A stretch of DNA of 60,932 nucleotides, filler included. It is 8 parts of 8 records of this genome, joined end to end, with 100 filler letters (N's around TTAATTAATTAA, not from the genome) between each part and the next. Parts side by side here need not be neighbours in the genome. Positions count along the whole stretch, not along the records: positions 26,948 to 34,633 come from SRR31147125_107231; positions 34,734 to 41,555 come from SRR31147125_107334; 6 more parts are not named here. One strand, given 5' to 3'. The position numbers and the translations under genes are program-made. How positions within the stretch are numbered: the first letter of the stretch is position 1; every line of letters starts with the position of its first letter. Of this stretch, positions 30,470 through 41,655 are shown piece by piece. The notes under the pieces were generated by a model that worked only from the letters and a program-made list of their open reading frames with translations, did no database searches and was not told the DNA's origin.

Positions 30470-31488
30470 TGGCGGGAGAATACAAAATTGATCCGCAAAA
30501 TATGAACGGCCCGCAAAAAGCGGCCGTCTTCATGATTGCCATGGGAGAAGACTATGCATCAAAGGTTTTCGCCACCATGAACGATGAACAGATCGGTGAT
30601 GTGGCCCTGGAGATGTCCCGGATCGATGAGATCACACCGGAGATGCTGGAGGCGGTGTCGGCTGATTTTGTCGGACGATTTGAAGGGGATGCCAAAATGT
30701 TGGTGGAAGGCGAGTCGTTCCTCAAGCAGATCGTCAACAAAAGCCTTCCCGAGGATCGTGCTAAATCCGTCCTCAATGATCTTGCAGATAGAAGACGCGC
30801 TCAGCCTTTTATCTGGAGTCGGGATGTCAACACTACCACACTGGCCGGCTATATCATCAATGAGCATCCTCAAACCATTGCCATGATCCTGGCCCATATG
30901 CCTTCGGAAATATCATCGGAAATTCTGATGGCTGTGCCGGACGACAAAAAAGGGGACATTGCCCTTAGGGTGGCCAAACTGGGTCAGATCTCGGAGGAGA
31001 TGGTACGGGATGTGGATGAAGCGCTGAAGATGGAGTTGAGCGGTGCGGTCGGTCCCGGAGGAAAAGCCGGAGGTCTACAGGTGCTCGTCGACATCATCAA
31101 CAGTGTGGACAAAGCCACGGAAGAGATCGTGATGGAGCAGATTGAAGAGGATAGTCAGGATATGGCCGACAGTATCCGCAACATGATGTTTGTCTTCGAA
31201 GATATGGTGGGGGTGGATGACGCCGGTATGCGGGAGATCCTCAAAAAGGTGGAAGGAAAAGAACTTACATTGGCACTGAAGACCGCTACGGAAGAGATGA
31301 AAGAGAAAATCTTCTCCAACCTCTCATCCAGGGCCGGCGAGATGCTTAAAGATGATCTGGAGAGCTTAGGACCGGTTCGACTGGCCGAAGTGGAAGATGC
31401 GCAGCAAGCCGTCGTGCGGGCAGCCAAAGAGCTGGAAGCTGAAGGGGCCATAACATTGGGTGGTGGAAAGGATGATGTCCTTGTCTGA
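30469..31488 (+). CDS. fliG: Flagellar motor switch protein FliG
   Basis: GPQKAAV, EHPQTIAMILAH, MFVFED and GPVRLAEVEDAQ. Confidence 0.97.
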   Translation: MAGEYKIDPQNMNGPQKAAVFMIAMGEDYASKVFATMNDEQIGDVALEMSRIDEITPEMLEAVSADFVGRFEGDAKMLVEGESFLKQIVNKSLPEDRAKSVLNDLADRRRAQPFIWSRDVNTTTLAGYIINEHPQTIAMILAHMPSEISSEILMAVPDDKKGDIALRVAKLGQISEEMVRDVDEALKMELSGAVGPGGKAGGLQVLVDIINSVDKATEEIVMEQIEEDSQDMADSIRNMMFVFEDMVGVDDAGMREILKKVEGKELTLALKTATEEMKEKIFSNLSSRAGEMLKDDLESLGPVRLAEVEDAQQAVVRAAKELEAEGAITLGGGKDDVLV

Positions 31489-32716
31489 TGAAACGGAAGT
31501 CGGTCATGGTGAAAACAATACCGGAATGAACCGGGAGATGCACTACGGCATAGAAAGTGATCCGGATGATCACGCTTTTCGGCCCTGGAACGTGACCGGA
31601 ATGGAGCAGTGCGGCAATCACCGGTTTGTCGGCACATCGGCTGAAACGGAAGCCGACACGTTTAAAGTCCTGTATGAGCATGATGAGGAGGATATGACCT
31701 TCCGCCGACTGTATGAGTTGGGAAGAGATGATGGGCAGAGCGATGAGGGCCCAACAGATGATGCCGATGAATTTATCCCTTTTGCCGCCCATGGAAAAGG
31801 GCGCTCTTTGATTTCATCTGATTCCGGAACCGAAGAGATTATGGAGACGGCAACACAGGGCACCGCATCCCAGTCTCGGTCCCGGGCTTTCGACCCTTCA
31901 GGTGCTCCCCCTCTTTCGAATAGTGACGACGTTCAGCAGGAATCGGAATTCGGTGACCCTGAAGGTGAGTTTGAAGAGGTGAGCTTCCCGGAAGTATCCG
32001 TTGATGAGCCATCCGGAGGAGAACAAGGGGCGCTTCAAACGGATGGGAGCCACCCCGGCGGGGTCCCGGGCGAGTCGTCTCCCGTCTCTCAAGCGGAGTT
32101 GAATGCCGCCTTGGAAGAGGGCTTCAACACCGGATTTGAAGAGGGTAAAAAGCAAGGCTTTGAGGCCGGGTTTGAGGAGGGAAGAGAGCAAGGGTATCAA
32201 GAAGGCCTTGGGAAGGGAGAAGAGGCGGGCTATGACGCAGGCCTTGAAAAAGGGGAAGAGGACGGCAAAATGCTCAGCGATGCCAAAGCGCAGGAGTTAC
32301 TGCTTTCCCTGGACGACATCTGCCAAAAAGCGGATCAGGCCTGGCAGACCATGGTTCAAAAAAGTGAAGCGCAGATTCTCTCATTGATTGGAAAAATTGC
32401 CGAAAAAGTGGTGTATGCAACGGTGGATCTGTCGGAAGAGGTGGTCCGGGGATCGATCCTGGAAGCCCTGTCCGTCATGCCGGAACCGGAAGAGATTGTG
32501 CTCAATATCTCGCCGGAGGATTACGAGTATATCGAAATGGTTAAAGAGGACTTTTTTGAAGAATTCAAGACATTGAGGCATGTGTCGGTGATTTCGAATC
32601 CGGCCATTCAGCGGGGGGGATGTAAGATCGAATCCTCTAAAGGCCGGGTGGAAACCGATATCGCGACGAGACTGGAAGCGGTCACCGCCGGTATGATGGC
32701 AGCCCGGTCAAGCTGA
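31475..32716 (+). CDS. fliH: Flagellar export protein FliH with a long acidic N-terminal extension
   Basis: GxxxG repeat tract, IAEKVV, LNISPEDY and IQRGGCKIES..G.VETDI; lies between fliG and fliI. Confidence 0.88.
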   Translation: MSLSDETEVGHGENNTGMNREMHYGIESDPDDHAFRPWNVTGMEQCGNHRFVGTSAETEADTFKVLYEHDEEDMTFRRLYELGRDDGQSDEGPTDDADEFIPFAAHGKGRSLISSDSGTEEIMETATQGTASQSRSRAFDPSGAPPLSNSDDVQQESEFGDPEGEFEEVSFPEVSVDEPSGGEQGALQTDGSHPGGVPGESSPVSQAELNAALEEGFNTGFEEGKKQGFEAGFEEGREQGYQEGLGKGEEAGYDAGLEKGEEDGKMLSDAKAQELLLSLDDICQKADQAWQTMVQKSEAQILSLIGKIAEKVVYATVDLSEEVVRGSILEALSVMPEPEEIVLNISPEDYEYIEMVKEDFFEEFKTLRHVSVISNPAIQRGGCKIESSKGRVETDIATRLEAVTAGMMAARSS

Positions 32717-32816
32717 GCAATCGTCTAACGCTGGAAATCCGCAACTTAGGACATCTTTTTCAAATTTTGTTTTTCTCAAATGCTACAAAACAAAAGCTAT
32801 AAGATAAGAATCGAAT

Positions 32817-34183
32817 ATGGATTTTGATAAGCTCATCAGTGCAGTGGAGGCCGGTTCAACCGTGAAGCCGGAGGGACGGGTCACCAAAGTGATCGGACTC
32901 ATCGCTGAGGGGGACGGCCTGGGAATGGGCGTTGGCAGTCTGTGCCTGATCAAAAACGATCACGGCGGAGAAATACGAGCCGAGGTGATCGGATTCAGGG
33001 ATGAAAAAGTGCTCATGATGCCCTACGGAGACATCCGCGGGATCAGTCCGGGCAGTCGGATTATCCCCCTGGCGGATCTTCCCATGGCCGATGTGGGGGA
33101 CGGATTGCTCGGCCGTGTGGTGGACGGCATGGGAGAGCCCATTGACGGCAAAGGTTCCTTCAACCCCTCTGCCAAGTATCCCCTTTACGGAAAACCGATC
33201 AATCCCATGGAGCGAAAATCGATCCATGAACCCATTGATGTGGGCATCTCCGCCATCAACGTGATGATTACCCTGGGACGGGGCCAGCGTGTGGCCATCA
33301 TGGCGGGATCCGGTGTGGGAAAAAGCGTGCTCATGGGAATGATGACCAAGCACACCACCGCCGATGTCACCGTCATCGGGCTCATCGGAGAGCGGGGGCG
33401 GGAGGTGAAGGATTTCGTCAACGAGACCCTGGGTGAGGAAGGGATGAAAACCGCCGTGGTGGTCGCGGCAACATCGGATATGCCGCCCCTCATCCGAATG
33501 CGGGGCGCTTATTTGGCAACCGCCATTGCCGAATATTTCAGAGATCAGGGAAAGCATGTCCTATTGATTGTCGATTCCCTCACCCGATACGCCATGTCCT
33601 CCAGAGATGTGGGGCTGGCAGCGGGAGAACCCCCACTTCCAGGGGGTACACGCCCTCGTTTTTTGTTCAGATTCCCGTCTTGTTGGAGCGGGTGGGGTAT
33701 GTGGAGGGCAGTGGTTCCATCACCGGGATCTACACCGTACTGGTGGAGGGCGATGATCTCAACGATCCGGTCGGGGATACGGTGCGATCCATTGTGGACG
33801 GTCATATCGTGCTCTCCAGGGATTTGGCCAACCGGGGGCACTATCCGGCCATTGATGTGCTGGCCAGTGCATCCAGGGTCTTCAGGGATGTGGCTCAGCC
33901 CGAGCATGTATCCCTTCGTCAAAAGGCCATTGACATCATGGCTGCCTACAAGGAAGCAGAAGATATGATTGCCATCGGCGCTTATATGGATGGCTCCAAC
34001 CCGAGAATCGATCAGGCCAAGCAACTGATGCCGGGGATCAACGGATTTTTAAGGCAGGACATGAATCGTCGGGTGGATTTCAATATTGGAATATCGGAGT
34101 TGGGAAAAGTGCTTCAGCAAAAAGTACAACCGCCCAAACCGCCACCCAAACCAAAGGCGGCTCCAAGGAAAAGAAAACGATAG
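32817..34183 (+). CDS. fliI: Flagellar export ATPase FliI (frameshift in the C run near 33630)
   Basis: AGSGVGKS, GLIGERGREV and DSLTRYAM. One C restores GEPPTSRGYTPS and joins GSITGIYTVLVEGDD...DGHIVLSR. Confidence 0.95.
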
Positions 34184-34276
34184 GTTGCCATTCTTTCAGC
34201 GGATAAATCGGATGACTTCAACCGGAGTAATCATCGAAAGAAAAGATAATGGGTTGAAATTGAGAGTTGAATCACT

Positions 34277-34633
34277 GTGAAAAAGTTCAGTTTCAAATTA
34301 CAATCTGTACTGAATTATCGAGAACATCTGGAAAATTTTGCCAGACAAGAGGCAATGAAAGCACTGATGGATGTAACGAATTGTGAAAAACAGGTTGAAG
34401 CGCTGCATCAAGACCGTGAAAACCTTGCCATCCGCATCGAGAATGAAACGGCAAAAGGAATTTCAGCGCAACTCTTTCGTCACTACAACGACTATATGGA
34501 CGCCATTGAGAACGATATCCTCCAAAAAGAGAGTGAGAAAATCCATCTGAAAAAACTGCTGGCTGAGAAACAGCAGGAATTAACGCAAAAAAGTGTGGAA
34601 CGAAAGGTGATCGAGCGATTGCGAGAGAAAAAA
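34277..34633 (+). CDS. fliJ: Flagellar export chaperone FliJ (3'-truncated)
   Basis: MKKFSFKLQSVLNYR..LE...ERKVIERLREK, directly after fliI. Confidence 0.9.
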
Positions 34634-34733
34634 NNNNNNNNNNNNNNNNNNNNNNNNNNNNNNNNNNNNNNNNNNNNTTAATTAATTAANNNNNNNNNNN
34701 NNNNNNNNNNNNNNNNNNNNNNNNNNNNNNNNN
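34634..34733. other. Artificial contig-joining spacer
   Basis: Same 100-nt linker. Confidence 0.99.
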
Positions 34734-34904
34734 TTCACTGCGGCAGAACCCGAGCACCTCCTGTAAATCCCGAACATCGAGCAGCGTGACCAGGGCATCA
34801 GCGGGTCCGCCGATCCGATACGTGGTCCACGCTGACAATGACGCGTCCCACTGGATCTTCCCCCTGACCACCCCGGTCAGCACTGCTCTCTGGGAGGAGT
34901 TCAT
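34734..34904 (-). CDS. murB: MurB, N-terminal fragment
   Basis: LSAWTTYRIGGPADALV motif directly downstream of murC. Confidence 0.85.
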
Positions 34905-34908
34905 GGAT

Positions 34909-36297
34909 CTACTCATCTCGACTTTTTTCCAGCAGCGCCAGCAGATCCTCACCGGCCCTGACAATATTCCCGGCCCCCAGGGTCAACACCAGATCACCCG
35001 CTTCGAGCCGCTCCACAACGGTTTCGGCCAACCGCTCTACATCAGCGACATGGGTCGCATTGCGCTGGCCGTGCTGCCTGATTTTCTCGAGCAGCGTGAC
35101 ACTGTCGATTCCTTCGATCGGTTGTTCGCTGGCTGCATAGATATCGGTCATCACCAGGAGATCAGCCTGGTGAAAACAGGTCTGAAAATCTCTGAACAAC
35201 CCCCGGGTACGGCTGTAGCGGTGCGGCTGAAACATGACCACCAGCCGTTTTTCAGGCCACGCCTGTTTGACCGCGCTCAAGGTTGCCCGGATCTCGGTCG
35301 GATGATGCCCGTAGTCGTCAACGACGGTTATCCCCACCGCCTCACCTTTGACCTGCAACCGCCGCTGCACACCGGCGAACCCCGCCAACGCCCCGGCAAT
35401 CACCGCAAAATCGATCTCGAGCTCGATACCGACCGCAATCGATGCGAGCGCGTTGTACACGTTGTGCAGCCCCGGCTGGACGATCTCCACCCGGCCCAAC
35501 TCAACACCATCCTTAAACACGTCGAACCGGCTGCACCCCTCGCGATACTCGATATTCTCCGCGTAGATATCCGACTGGTGCGTCACCCCGTAGGTTATCA
35601 CCCTGCGGCTGATGCGCGGCAGGATCTCGGCGATATGCTCGTTGTCTAGGCAGAGGATAACCGCCCCGTAAAACGGTACTTTCTCGATGAACTTCAGAAA
35701 CGCTTCTTTAATCTGCTCGATGTCGCGGTAGTAATCGGGATGCTCGAAATCGATATTGGTTACGACCTCGATCACCGGCGACAATTTCAGGAACGAGCCG
35801 TCGCTCTCGTCCGCCTCGGCGACCAGGAACTCACCTTCGCCCAGCTTCGCGTTGCCGCCGAGACAGTCTACCTTGCCGCCGACGACGATGGTCGGGTCAA
35901 GCCCGGCGCGGGCCATTATCCAGCTCACCATGGAGGTCGTCGACGTCTTCCCGTGGCTGCCGGCGATGGCGATTCCGTATTTCTTCAGCCGCATCAGTTC
36001 GGCGAGCATTTCGGCCCGCATCACCACCGGTATGTTCAGTTCCCGGGCAGCGGCGATCTCCGGGTTCGTATCGGAAATCGCGGATGATGCGACGATCACA
36101 TCGGCCCCTTCGATCCAGTCCCGGTTGTGCCCCTGGTAAATGGTGCAGCCGAGTTCGCCCAACCGCTCCGTTATGCGCGACCTGTTCAGGTCCGATCCGG
36201 ACACATGATAACCGAGATTGGCCAGCAGCTCGGCGATTCCACTCATGCCGATGCCGCCGATACCGACAAAGTGGATATGTTTGGTTTTCCGATACAT
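34909..36297 (-). CDS. murC: UDP-N-acetylmuramate--L-alanine ligase
   Basis: [44 protein letters not shown] and FQPHRYSRT. Confidence 0.98.
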   Translation of the reverse strand: MYRKTKHIHFVGIGGIGMSGIAELLANLGYHVSGSDLNRSRITERLGELGCTIYQGHNRDWIEGADVIVASSAISDTNPEIAAARELNIPVVMRAEMLAELMRLKKYGIAIAGSHGKTSTTSMVSWIMARAGLDPTIVVGGKVDCLGGNAKLGEGEFLVAEADESDGSFLKLSPVIEVVTNIDFEHPDYYRDIEQIKEAFLKFIEKVPFYGAVILCLDNEHIAEILPRISRRVITYGVTHQSDIYAENIEYREGCSRFDVFKDGVELGRVEIVQPGLHNVYNALASIAVGIELEIDFAVIAGALAGFAGVQRRLQVKGEAVGITVVDDYGHHPTEIRATLSAVKQAWPEKRLVVMFQPHRYSRTRGLFRDFQTCFHQADLLVMTDIYAASEQPIEGIDSVTLLEKIRQHGQRNATHVADVERLAETVVERLEAGDLVLTLGAGNIVRAGEDLLALLEKSRDE

Positions 36298-36301
36298 GTG
36301 G

Positions 36302-37414
36302 TCAATGCTCCGTCAGTTCCATGCAGATTTCAACGATACGCCGGGCTGCGTCAGTCTGCCCAAGCGCCTTCATCGACCGTGCCATGGATTGATAACGCGT
36401 CCCGTCTCCGGCAATGGCCAGGATTTCCTCCGCGAGCCGCGCAGGGTTGATCTCGTCCTGCTCGAACATCACCGCAGCCCCGCTCTCTGAATAGTATCTA
36501 CCGTTTTTCACCTGGTGGTTGTCGGCGGCGAAGGGATAGGGAATCAGGATGGCCGGCTTGCCAACCACGCCGATTTCGGCAAGCGTCGTCGCCCCCGCCC
36601 GCGACACCAGTATGTCCGCCTGCCTGTACAGAGCGGCCATATCGGAGAAGAACGGCGCCACCTCGTGCTCGACCCCCAGCGTTTCGTATGCCTGCGTAAC
36701 CATCTGTTCGTCGTCCCGGCCGGTCTGGTGGATGACCCGCATGTGAGCAAAGCGCCCGACGTTCGATTCGAGGGCGGCGACGACAAGTGTGTTGACCGCA
36801 TGAGCCCCTTGGCTGCCACCAAGCACGACCAGCGTCGTTTTCTTCTGTTCTTCGCCGACTGTGGTGTTGTCGAGGTCCACAATACTGTCTCGGACCGGGT
36901 TGCCGGTCAGAACCGTCTTTTCCGCCGGGAAGAACTGCTCGCTCTGGGGCAACGACAGGCATACCTTTTTCACCAGCCCTCCCAGCTTCCGGTTGGCCAG
37001 TCCCGGCACCGAATTCTGCTCGTGAATCACGGTCGGTATGCGCAACACCCACGCAGCCGCGACTACCGGTCCGGTGACATAGCCGCCGACGCCGAGGACG
37101 ACGTCGGGCCGGAACCTGAGAACATGAAAACATGCCTGCAGCAGCGATACCGGCAGAATCAGGAGCGCCTTGATCAATTCGGCCGGGTTCTTGCCTTTGA
37201 GTCCGGAGGAGTAGATCGTCGCTACCGAAAACCCGGACGTTTCGAGGGTGTTGCGATCCAACCTGCGTTTCGTACCGACGAACAGGATCTCGCTGTTCTT
37301 CGTCGAGCGCAGCAGCTGTTCGGCGGTCGCCACGGCCGGAAACAGGTGACCGCCGGTTCCGCCGCCGGTGATGAGCAGCCGCAGTGAGCGGTGTTGAGAC
37401 ACAGCCGCGCTCAT
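36302..37414 (-). CDS. murG: MurG glycosyltransferase
   Basis: [39 protein letters not shown] and DNHQVKN. Confidence 0.98.
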   Translation of the reverse strand: MSAAVSQHRSLRLLITGGGTGGHLFPAVATAEQLLRSTKNSEILFVGTKRRLDRNTLETSGFSVATIYSSGLKGKNPAELIKALLILPVSLLQACFHVLRFRPDVVLGVGGYVTGPVVAAAWVLRIPTVIHEQNSVPGLANRKLGGLVKKVCLSLPQSEQFFPAEKTVLTGNPVRDSIVDLDNTTVGEEQKKTTLVVLGGSQGAHAVNTLVVAALESNVGRFAHMRVIHQTGRDDEQMVTQAYETLGVEHEVAPFFSDMAALYRQADILVSRAGATTLAEIGVVGKPAILIPYPFAADNHQVKNGRYYSESGAAVMFEQDEINPARLAEEILAIAGDGTRYQSMARSMKALGQTDAARRIVEICMELTEH

Positions 37415-38793
37415 TGAACCGCCTCCGGTCCCGCTCCAGGGACCGTCCTGAGCGCCTGCACCGCCTCAGCAAAACAGTCGCCCCGCTGAAGGTAATTGTC
37501 AAACATATCAAAGCTGGCACAGGCTGGGGCCAGCAGCACGGTATCGCCCGGTTCACCGATAGACGCCGCCTGCGCCACCGCGTTTTCAAGGGAGTCAGGA
37601 TAATCGACCGGTACGAGATCTCCCATGAGTTCCCCGATAGCGGATGCCGCCTCCCCGATCAGAATGAGCCGTTTCACGTGGCTGGCGACGCTCGGTCTGA
37701 GCAGTCGGTAATCGTCCCCTTTGTCCCGCCCGCCAGCAATCAATATGATTCCGTCACCGAGCTGTTCTATCGCATTAATGACCGCACCGGTATTGGTCGC
37801 CTTGGAGTCGTTGATATAGACAACGCCCCCGATACGGCCGACTTCCTGCAGCCGGTGCGCACCCGGTTTGAATTCCAACAGCACCTGCTGAACGGATAGC
37901 GGGTCCAGGTCGAAGGGGCTGACCCCGAGCAGCGCCGCACCGGCGTTGAGCCGTCCGGAGAGGTTGTCGAGCGCAGAGCCAGCCAGCTCATACGTTTGCC
38001 TGTTGCGCATCACGATCCGACTGCCGTCAATAGCAGCATCACGATCGGTACCGTGACCGAACCGGGCCCAGTTCATATCGGTGAAACTATCCGGAATCCT
38101 TTGACACCACTCATCTTCATCGTTGATCACTCCCAGGGTGTCCACGCCCGGTTTGAACATTTTCATCTTGGCCGCCGCGTACTGTTCCAGCGAACCGTGA
38201 CGGTCGAGGTGATCGGGTGTGATATTGAGCACGATACCGACTTCCGGGGAGAAATCACCGCACAGCTCGAGCTGAAAGCTTGACACCTCGAGAACCACAA
38301 TCTCGTAGTCTTCTTCCGCGCTCAAGTACTCCCCGACCGGAGTGCCGATGTTGCCTCCGACAAATACCTTTTTCCCTGCCGCCTTCAGAAGCGCGCCGAT
38401 AAGCTCGGTCACCGTCGTTTTTCCGTTTGTACCGGTTACCGCAACCACCGGGACGGAGAACTCGGAGGCGGCTACTGCCAGTTCACCGACAATCCTGCCG
38501 CCCCGCTTCGCCGCCTGAACCAAAGCAGGATGGCGACAATCGACCCCGGGGCTGACAACGATCAGTTCCGCCCCAGCCAGGAATTCCTCGCTGTGTCCAC
38601 CGCCCTCGAAATCGGCACCGTATTCGGCAAGCAGCGCCTGTTCCACATCACCCAGCTCATCGTAGCTGCGCAGATCCGATACGCGTATCGCAGTGCCACC
38701 CCCGTGCAGGTAACCGGCCATCGCCTGTCCGGCCCTGCCGAACCCGACAACGGCTGCGCTGTCGGCAGCTATCGACTGTTTCCCGCTCATCAC
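37411..38793 (-). CDS. murD: MurD ligase
   Basis: [39 protein letters not shown] and LAPACASFD. Confidence 0.97.
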   Translation of the reverse strand: MMSGKQSIAADSAAVVGFGRAGQAMAGYLHGGGTAIRVSDLRSYDELGDVEQALLAEYGADFEGGGHSEEFLAGAELIVVSPGVDCRHPALVQAAKRGGRIVGELAVAASEFSVPVVAVTGTNGKTTVTELIGALLKAAGKKVFVGGNIGTPVGEYLSAEEDYEIVVLEVSSFQLELCGDFSPEVGIVLNITPDHLDRHGSLEQYAAAKMKMFKPGVDTLGVINDEDEWCQRIPDSFTDMNWARFGHGTDRDAAIDGSRIVMRNRQTYELAGSALDNLSGRLNAGAALLGVSPFDLDPLSVQQVLLEFKPGAHRLQEVGRIGGVVYINDSKATNTGAVINAIEQLGDGIILIAGGRDKGDDYRLLRPSVASHVKRLILIGEAASAIGELMGDLVPVDYPDSLENAVAQAASIGEPGDTVLLAPACASFDMFDNYLQRGDCFAEAVQALRTVPGAGPEAVQ

Positions 38794-39869
38794 CGCAGTT
38801 TCAACGTTGCCATGGCAAGGAACCCAAGAATTATCGACACGATCCAGAACCGCACGACTACCTTGGATTCATGCCACCCCTTTTTCTCGAAATGGTGATG
38901 GAACGGTGCCATCAGAAAGATCCGCTTGCCGTGGGTCATCTTGAAATACCCGACCTGCAGGATCACCGATAACGCCTCCATCACAAAAATACCCCCGACG
39001 ATGGCCAGCAGTATTTCCTGTTTGATAATAATCGCGATCGTGCCCAGCGCACCGCCCAGCGACAAAGACCCGACATCGCCCATGAAGACCTGAGCCGGAT
39101 AGGCGTTGTACCACAGAAAGCCGAGACAGCCGCCGACCATCGCGCCACAGAACACGGCCAACTCTCCGCTGCCCGGCACGTAGTGTACCTGCAGGTACTC
39201 GGCGATAACAACGTTGCCGGCAATGTAGGAGAATATCAGATACACTGCTGCCGACACGACCGTCGGCCCGGTCGCCAGCCCGTCCAGTCCGTCGGTCAGA
39301 TTAACCGCGTTCGACGCCCCGACGATGACGATCATCGCGAAAACGACGTAGAACCAGCCCAGATCAGGCCTGATGTCCTTGAGAAACGGGATCGCGAGAT
39401 GCCCGTCGAAGCCGGGTGACAGGAAGATAAAAAGCCCGACGGCCGCCGCACCGACGAGCTGCAGCACCAGTTTTCCCCGCGCGCTCAGACCGGCGCTCGA
39501 GTGTTTGCTCACCTTCCGGTAATCGTCGAGGGCCCCGATGAAGCCAAAAAACAGGGTGATTGCCATGGTCAACCACACATACCCGTTATCGAGCCGCGCC
39601 CACAGAAATGATGAGCCAACGATGGCCGACAGGATCAGCATCCCGCCCATGGTCGGGACCCCTTCCTTTGCCAGATGAGTTTCAGGACCGTCGTCGCGGA
39701 TCACCTGGCCGATCTGCATACGTTTCATGGTCCGGATAAACCAGTTACCGAGAATAATGACAATCAGAAACGCGGTCACCGCGGCCAGAATCGACCGGAA
39801 GGTGATATAACGGAAAACGTTGAAGCCGATAAAGGTCGTGTGCAGCGGGTAAAGCAGATGATAGAACAT
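38790..39869 (-). CDS. mraY: Phospho-N-acetylmuramoyl-pentapeptide transferase
   Basis: [25 protein letters not shown] and MAPFHHHFE. Confidence 0.98.
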   Translation of the reverse strand: MFYHLLYPLHTTFIGFNVFRYITFRSILAAVTAFLIVIILGNWFIRTMKRMQIGQVIRDDGPETHLAKEGVPTMGGMLILSAIVGSSFLWARLDNGYVWLTMAITLFFGFIGALDDYRKVSKHSSAGLSARGKLVLQLVGAAAVGLFIFLSPGFDGHLAIPFLKDIRPDLGWFYVVFAMIVIVGASNAVNLTDGLDGLATGPTVVSAAVYLIFSYIAGNVVIAEYLQVHYVPGSGELAVFCGAMVGGCLGFLWYNAYPAQVFMGDVGSLSLGGALGTIAIIIKQEILLAIVGGIFVMEALSVILQVGYFKMTHGKRIFLMAPFHHHFEKKGWHESKVVVRFWIVSIILGFLAMATLKLR

Positions 39870-39888
39870 GTCCTGTGGCCCTAACGTT

Positions 39889-41555
39889 TCATATGTGATT
39901 CACGATTTGATCGACGACAGTATCGAGCGCCAGCCCCCGGGACGCCTTGACCAGCACCCAGTCTCCGGCATTCAGATCGGAAGAACGCATCAGCGCCCCG
40001 ACCCAGTCGGCAATCTCGTTCTTGTCTGTAAATATTCTGATTCGATCCGGCTCCATCCCCGAGGCGACAGCGCCCTGCCTGATCTGTTCGGCATAGTTAC
40101 CAATCAGCGCGAGAAACGACAGGTCGGACTGAGCCGCAACGCTGCCGACGGACCGATGCAGATCGATTGCAGCCTCACCGAGTTCCAGCATGTCGCCAAG
40201 TACCGCCCCCTGGCCGAAGCCTCCAACCCGGCGAGCGTCCTCAGCCCGGACGTCATCGAGGCAGGGTTCGCGTTGTAACTGTCGTTCAGGACATTGAGTC
40301 CCGCGGAGGAGACGAGTCGTTCCATACGGTTCGATGCTGACCGGAACCGCTGCAGACCGGCTACAATTGTATCGATCCCAATGCCTGCCGCATGCGCAAT
40401 TGCCGCAGCCGCGCAGCAGTTCGATGCGTTGTGCAACCCGGGCGTCTCGATGGTGACCGGCCTGCTCGCCTCTCCGACATACAACATGAAACTCAGGTGA
40501 CCGCTCTCATCGGCTTTGATCGACTCCGCCCGGACCCGGGGTTGTCTGGAGATACCTCGCTCAGTTACTGCAAACCCGACACGTTCCCTGCCGAACCACT
40601 CACCGAGATCGAAGACGAGGTCGTCGTCGCAGTTAACGATGTGAACCGCATCCGGACGGCTGTTCTCGAACATTTCACCCTTCGCGGCAGCCACCCCTTC
40701 AATACTTCCGAGGCCTTCAAGATGGGCCTTGTGAACGTTGGTAATGCAGCAGATGTCCGGATCTCCGATCCTGGTCAGCCGCGCGATCTCACCGGGGCAA
40801 TTCATTCCCATTTCGAGTACGAGTCCGCGGTGATGTGCGGATACCGGCAGCAGGGAGAGCGGCAGTCCGATCAGGTTGTTGAAATTGCCTGCCGTCTTCA
40901 GTACCCTCCCGGCCGGCTGATCATCCAGATCGGGCCAGTGCCCTTCGAAAATCTTCGCGGTCATCTCCTTCACGGTGGTCTTCCCGCAACTACCGGTGAG
41001 ACCTACCACCACCGGGCTGTTGCCCGCCCCGTTCAGCGCTCGCACCTGCCCGAGACGATAACGGGCACAATCGCCCAGCGCGCTGAGGGTATCATTTACC
41101 GCCACACAGCCGATCGCCCGATCAACCCGGTCGGGATCCGACACGACCAGGCATCCCGCTCCGTTCTCCGCTGCCTTGTCCAGAAAATCGTGCCCGTCGA
41201 AATTTTCGCCTTCCAGCGCAACAAAGATATCGCCGGCCCCGATGGTTCTGGAATCGGTTGACACATTGCCAAGCGACGTCCTCGGATCACCGCCGATAAC
41301 GGCTCCTCGAGCAGCCGCACCAAGCGTCTGCAGATCCCAGTTGAGACTGGCCTGGCGGGCATAGAGCGCATCGTTGAAAAAGCGTTTGCGCGTCCCGACA
41401 ATCTGGTAGTTCTCGTGCCCCTTTCCGGCAATGAGAACGATATCTCCCGGACCCGCGCAGCTCACCACCGCGTCGATGGCGGCCCGGCGATCGCCGATCT
41501 CGACAAACCCTTTCTCCCACGGGTGACGCCTGTCCAACCAGCCAACCTGCCTAAA
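39889..41555 (-). CDS. murF: MurE-MurF fusion (5'-truncated; frameshift in the G run at 40206-40210)
   Basis: The MurE C-terminus (DRRAAI...[15 protein letters not shown]...FFND) runs in frame into MurF ([42 protein letters not shown]). GDMLELG and VKASRG follow after a 1-nt shift. Confidence 0.9.
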
Positions 41556-41655
41556 NNNNNNNNNNNNNNNNNNNNNNNNNNNNNNNNNNNNNNNNNNNNT
41601 TAATTAATTAANNNNNNNNNNNNNNNNNNNNNNNNNNNNNNNNNNNNNNNNNNNN
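41556..41655. other. Artificial contig-joining spacer
   Basis: Same 100-nt linker. Confidence 0.99.

Noticed and set aside
33620-33645. Programmed frameshifting or phase variation in fliI, and likewise in murF and rnr
   Set aside because: The runs are short, there is no slippery heptamer with a stimulatory structure, and the same error pattern affects many unrelated and essential genes.
13006-34633. One continuous motility island (OmpA/MotB + che + fla)
   Set aside because: These are three separate contigs divided by spacers, so adjacency carries no information.
36498-37589. Long alternative-frame or antisense ORFs (e.g. 36498..37589, 7998..9092, 13261..14229, 34786..35649, 524..1387)
   Set aside because: They are shadows of well-supported genes in GC-rich DNA, with no motifs or RBS.
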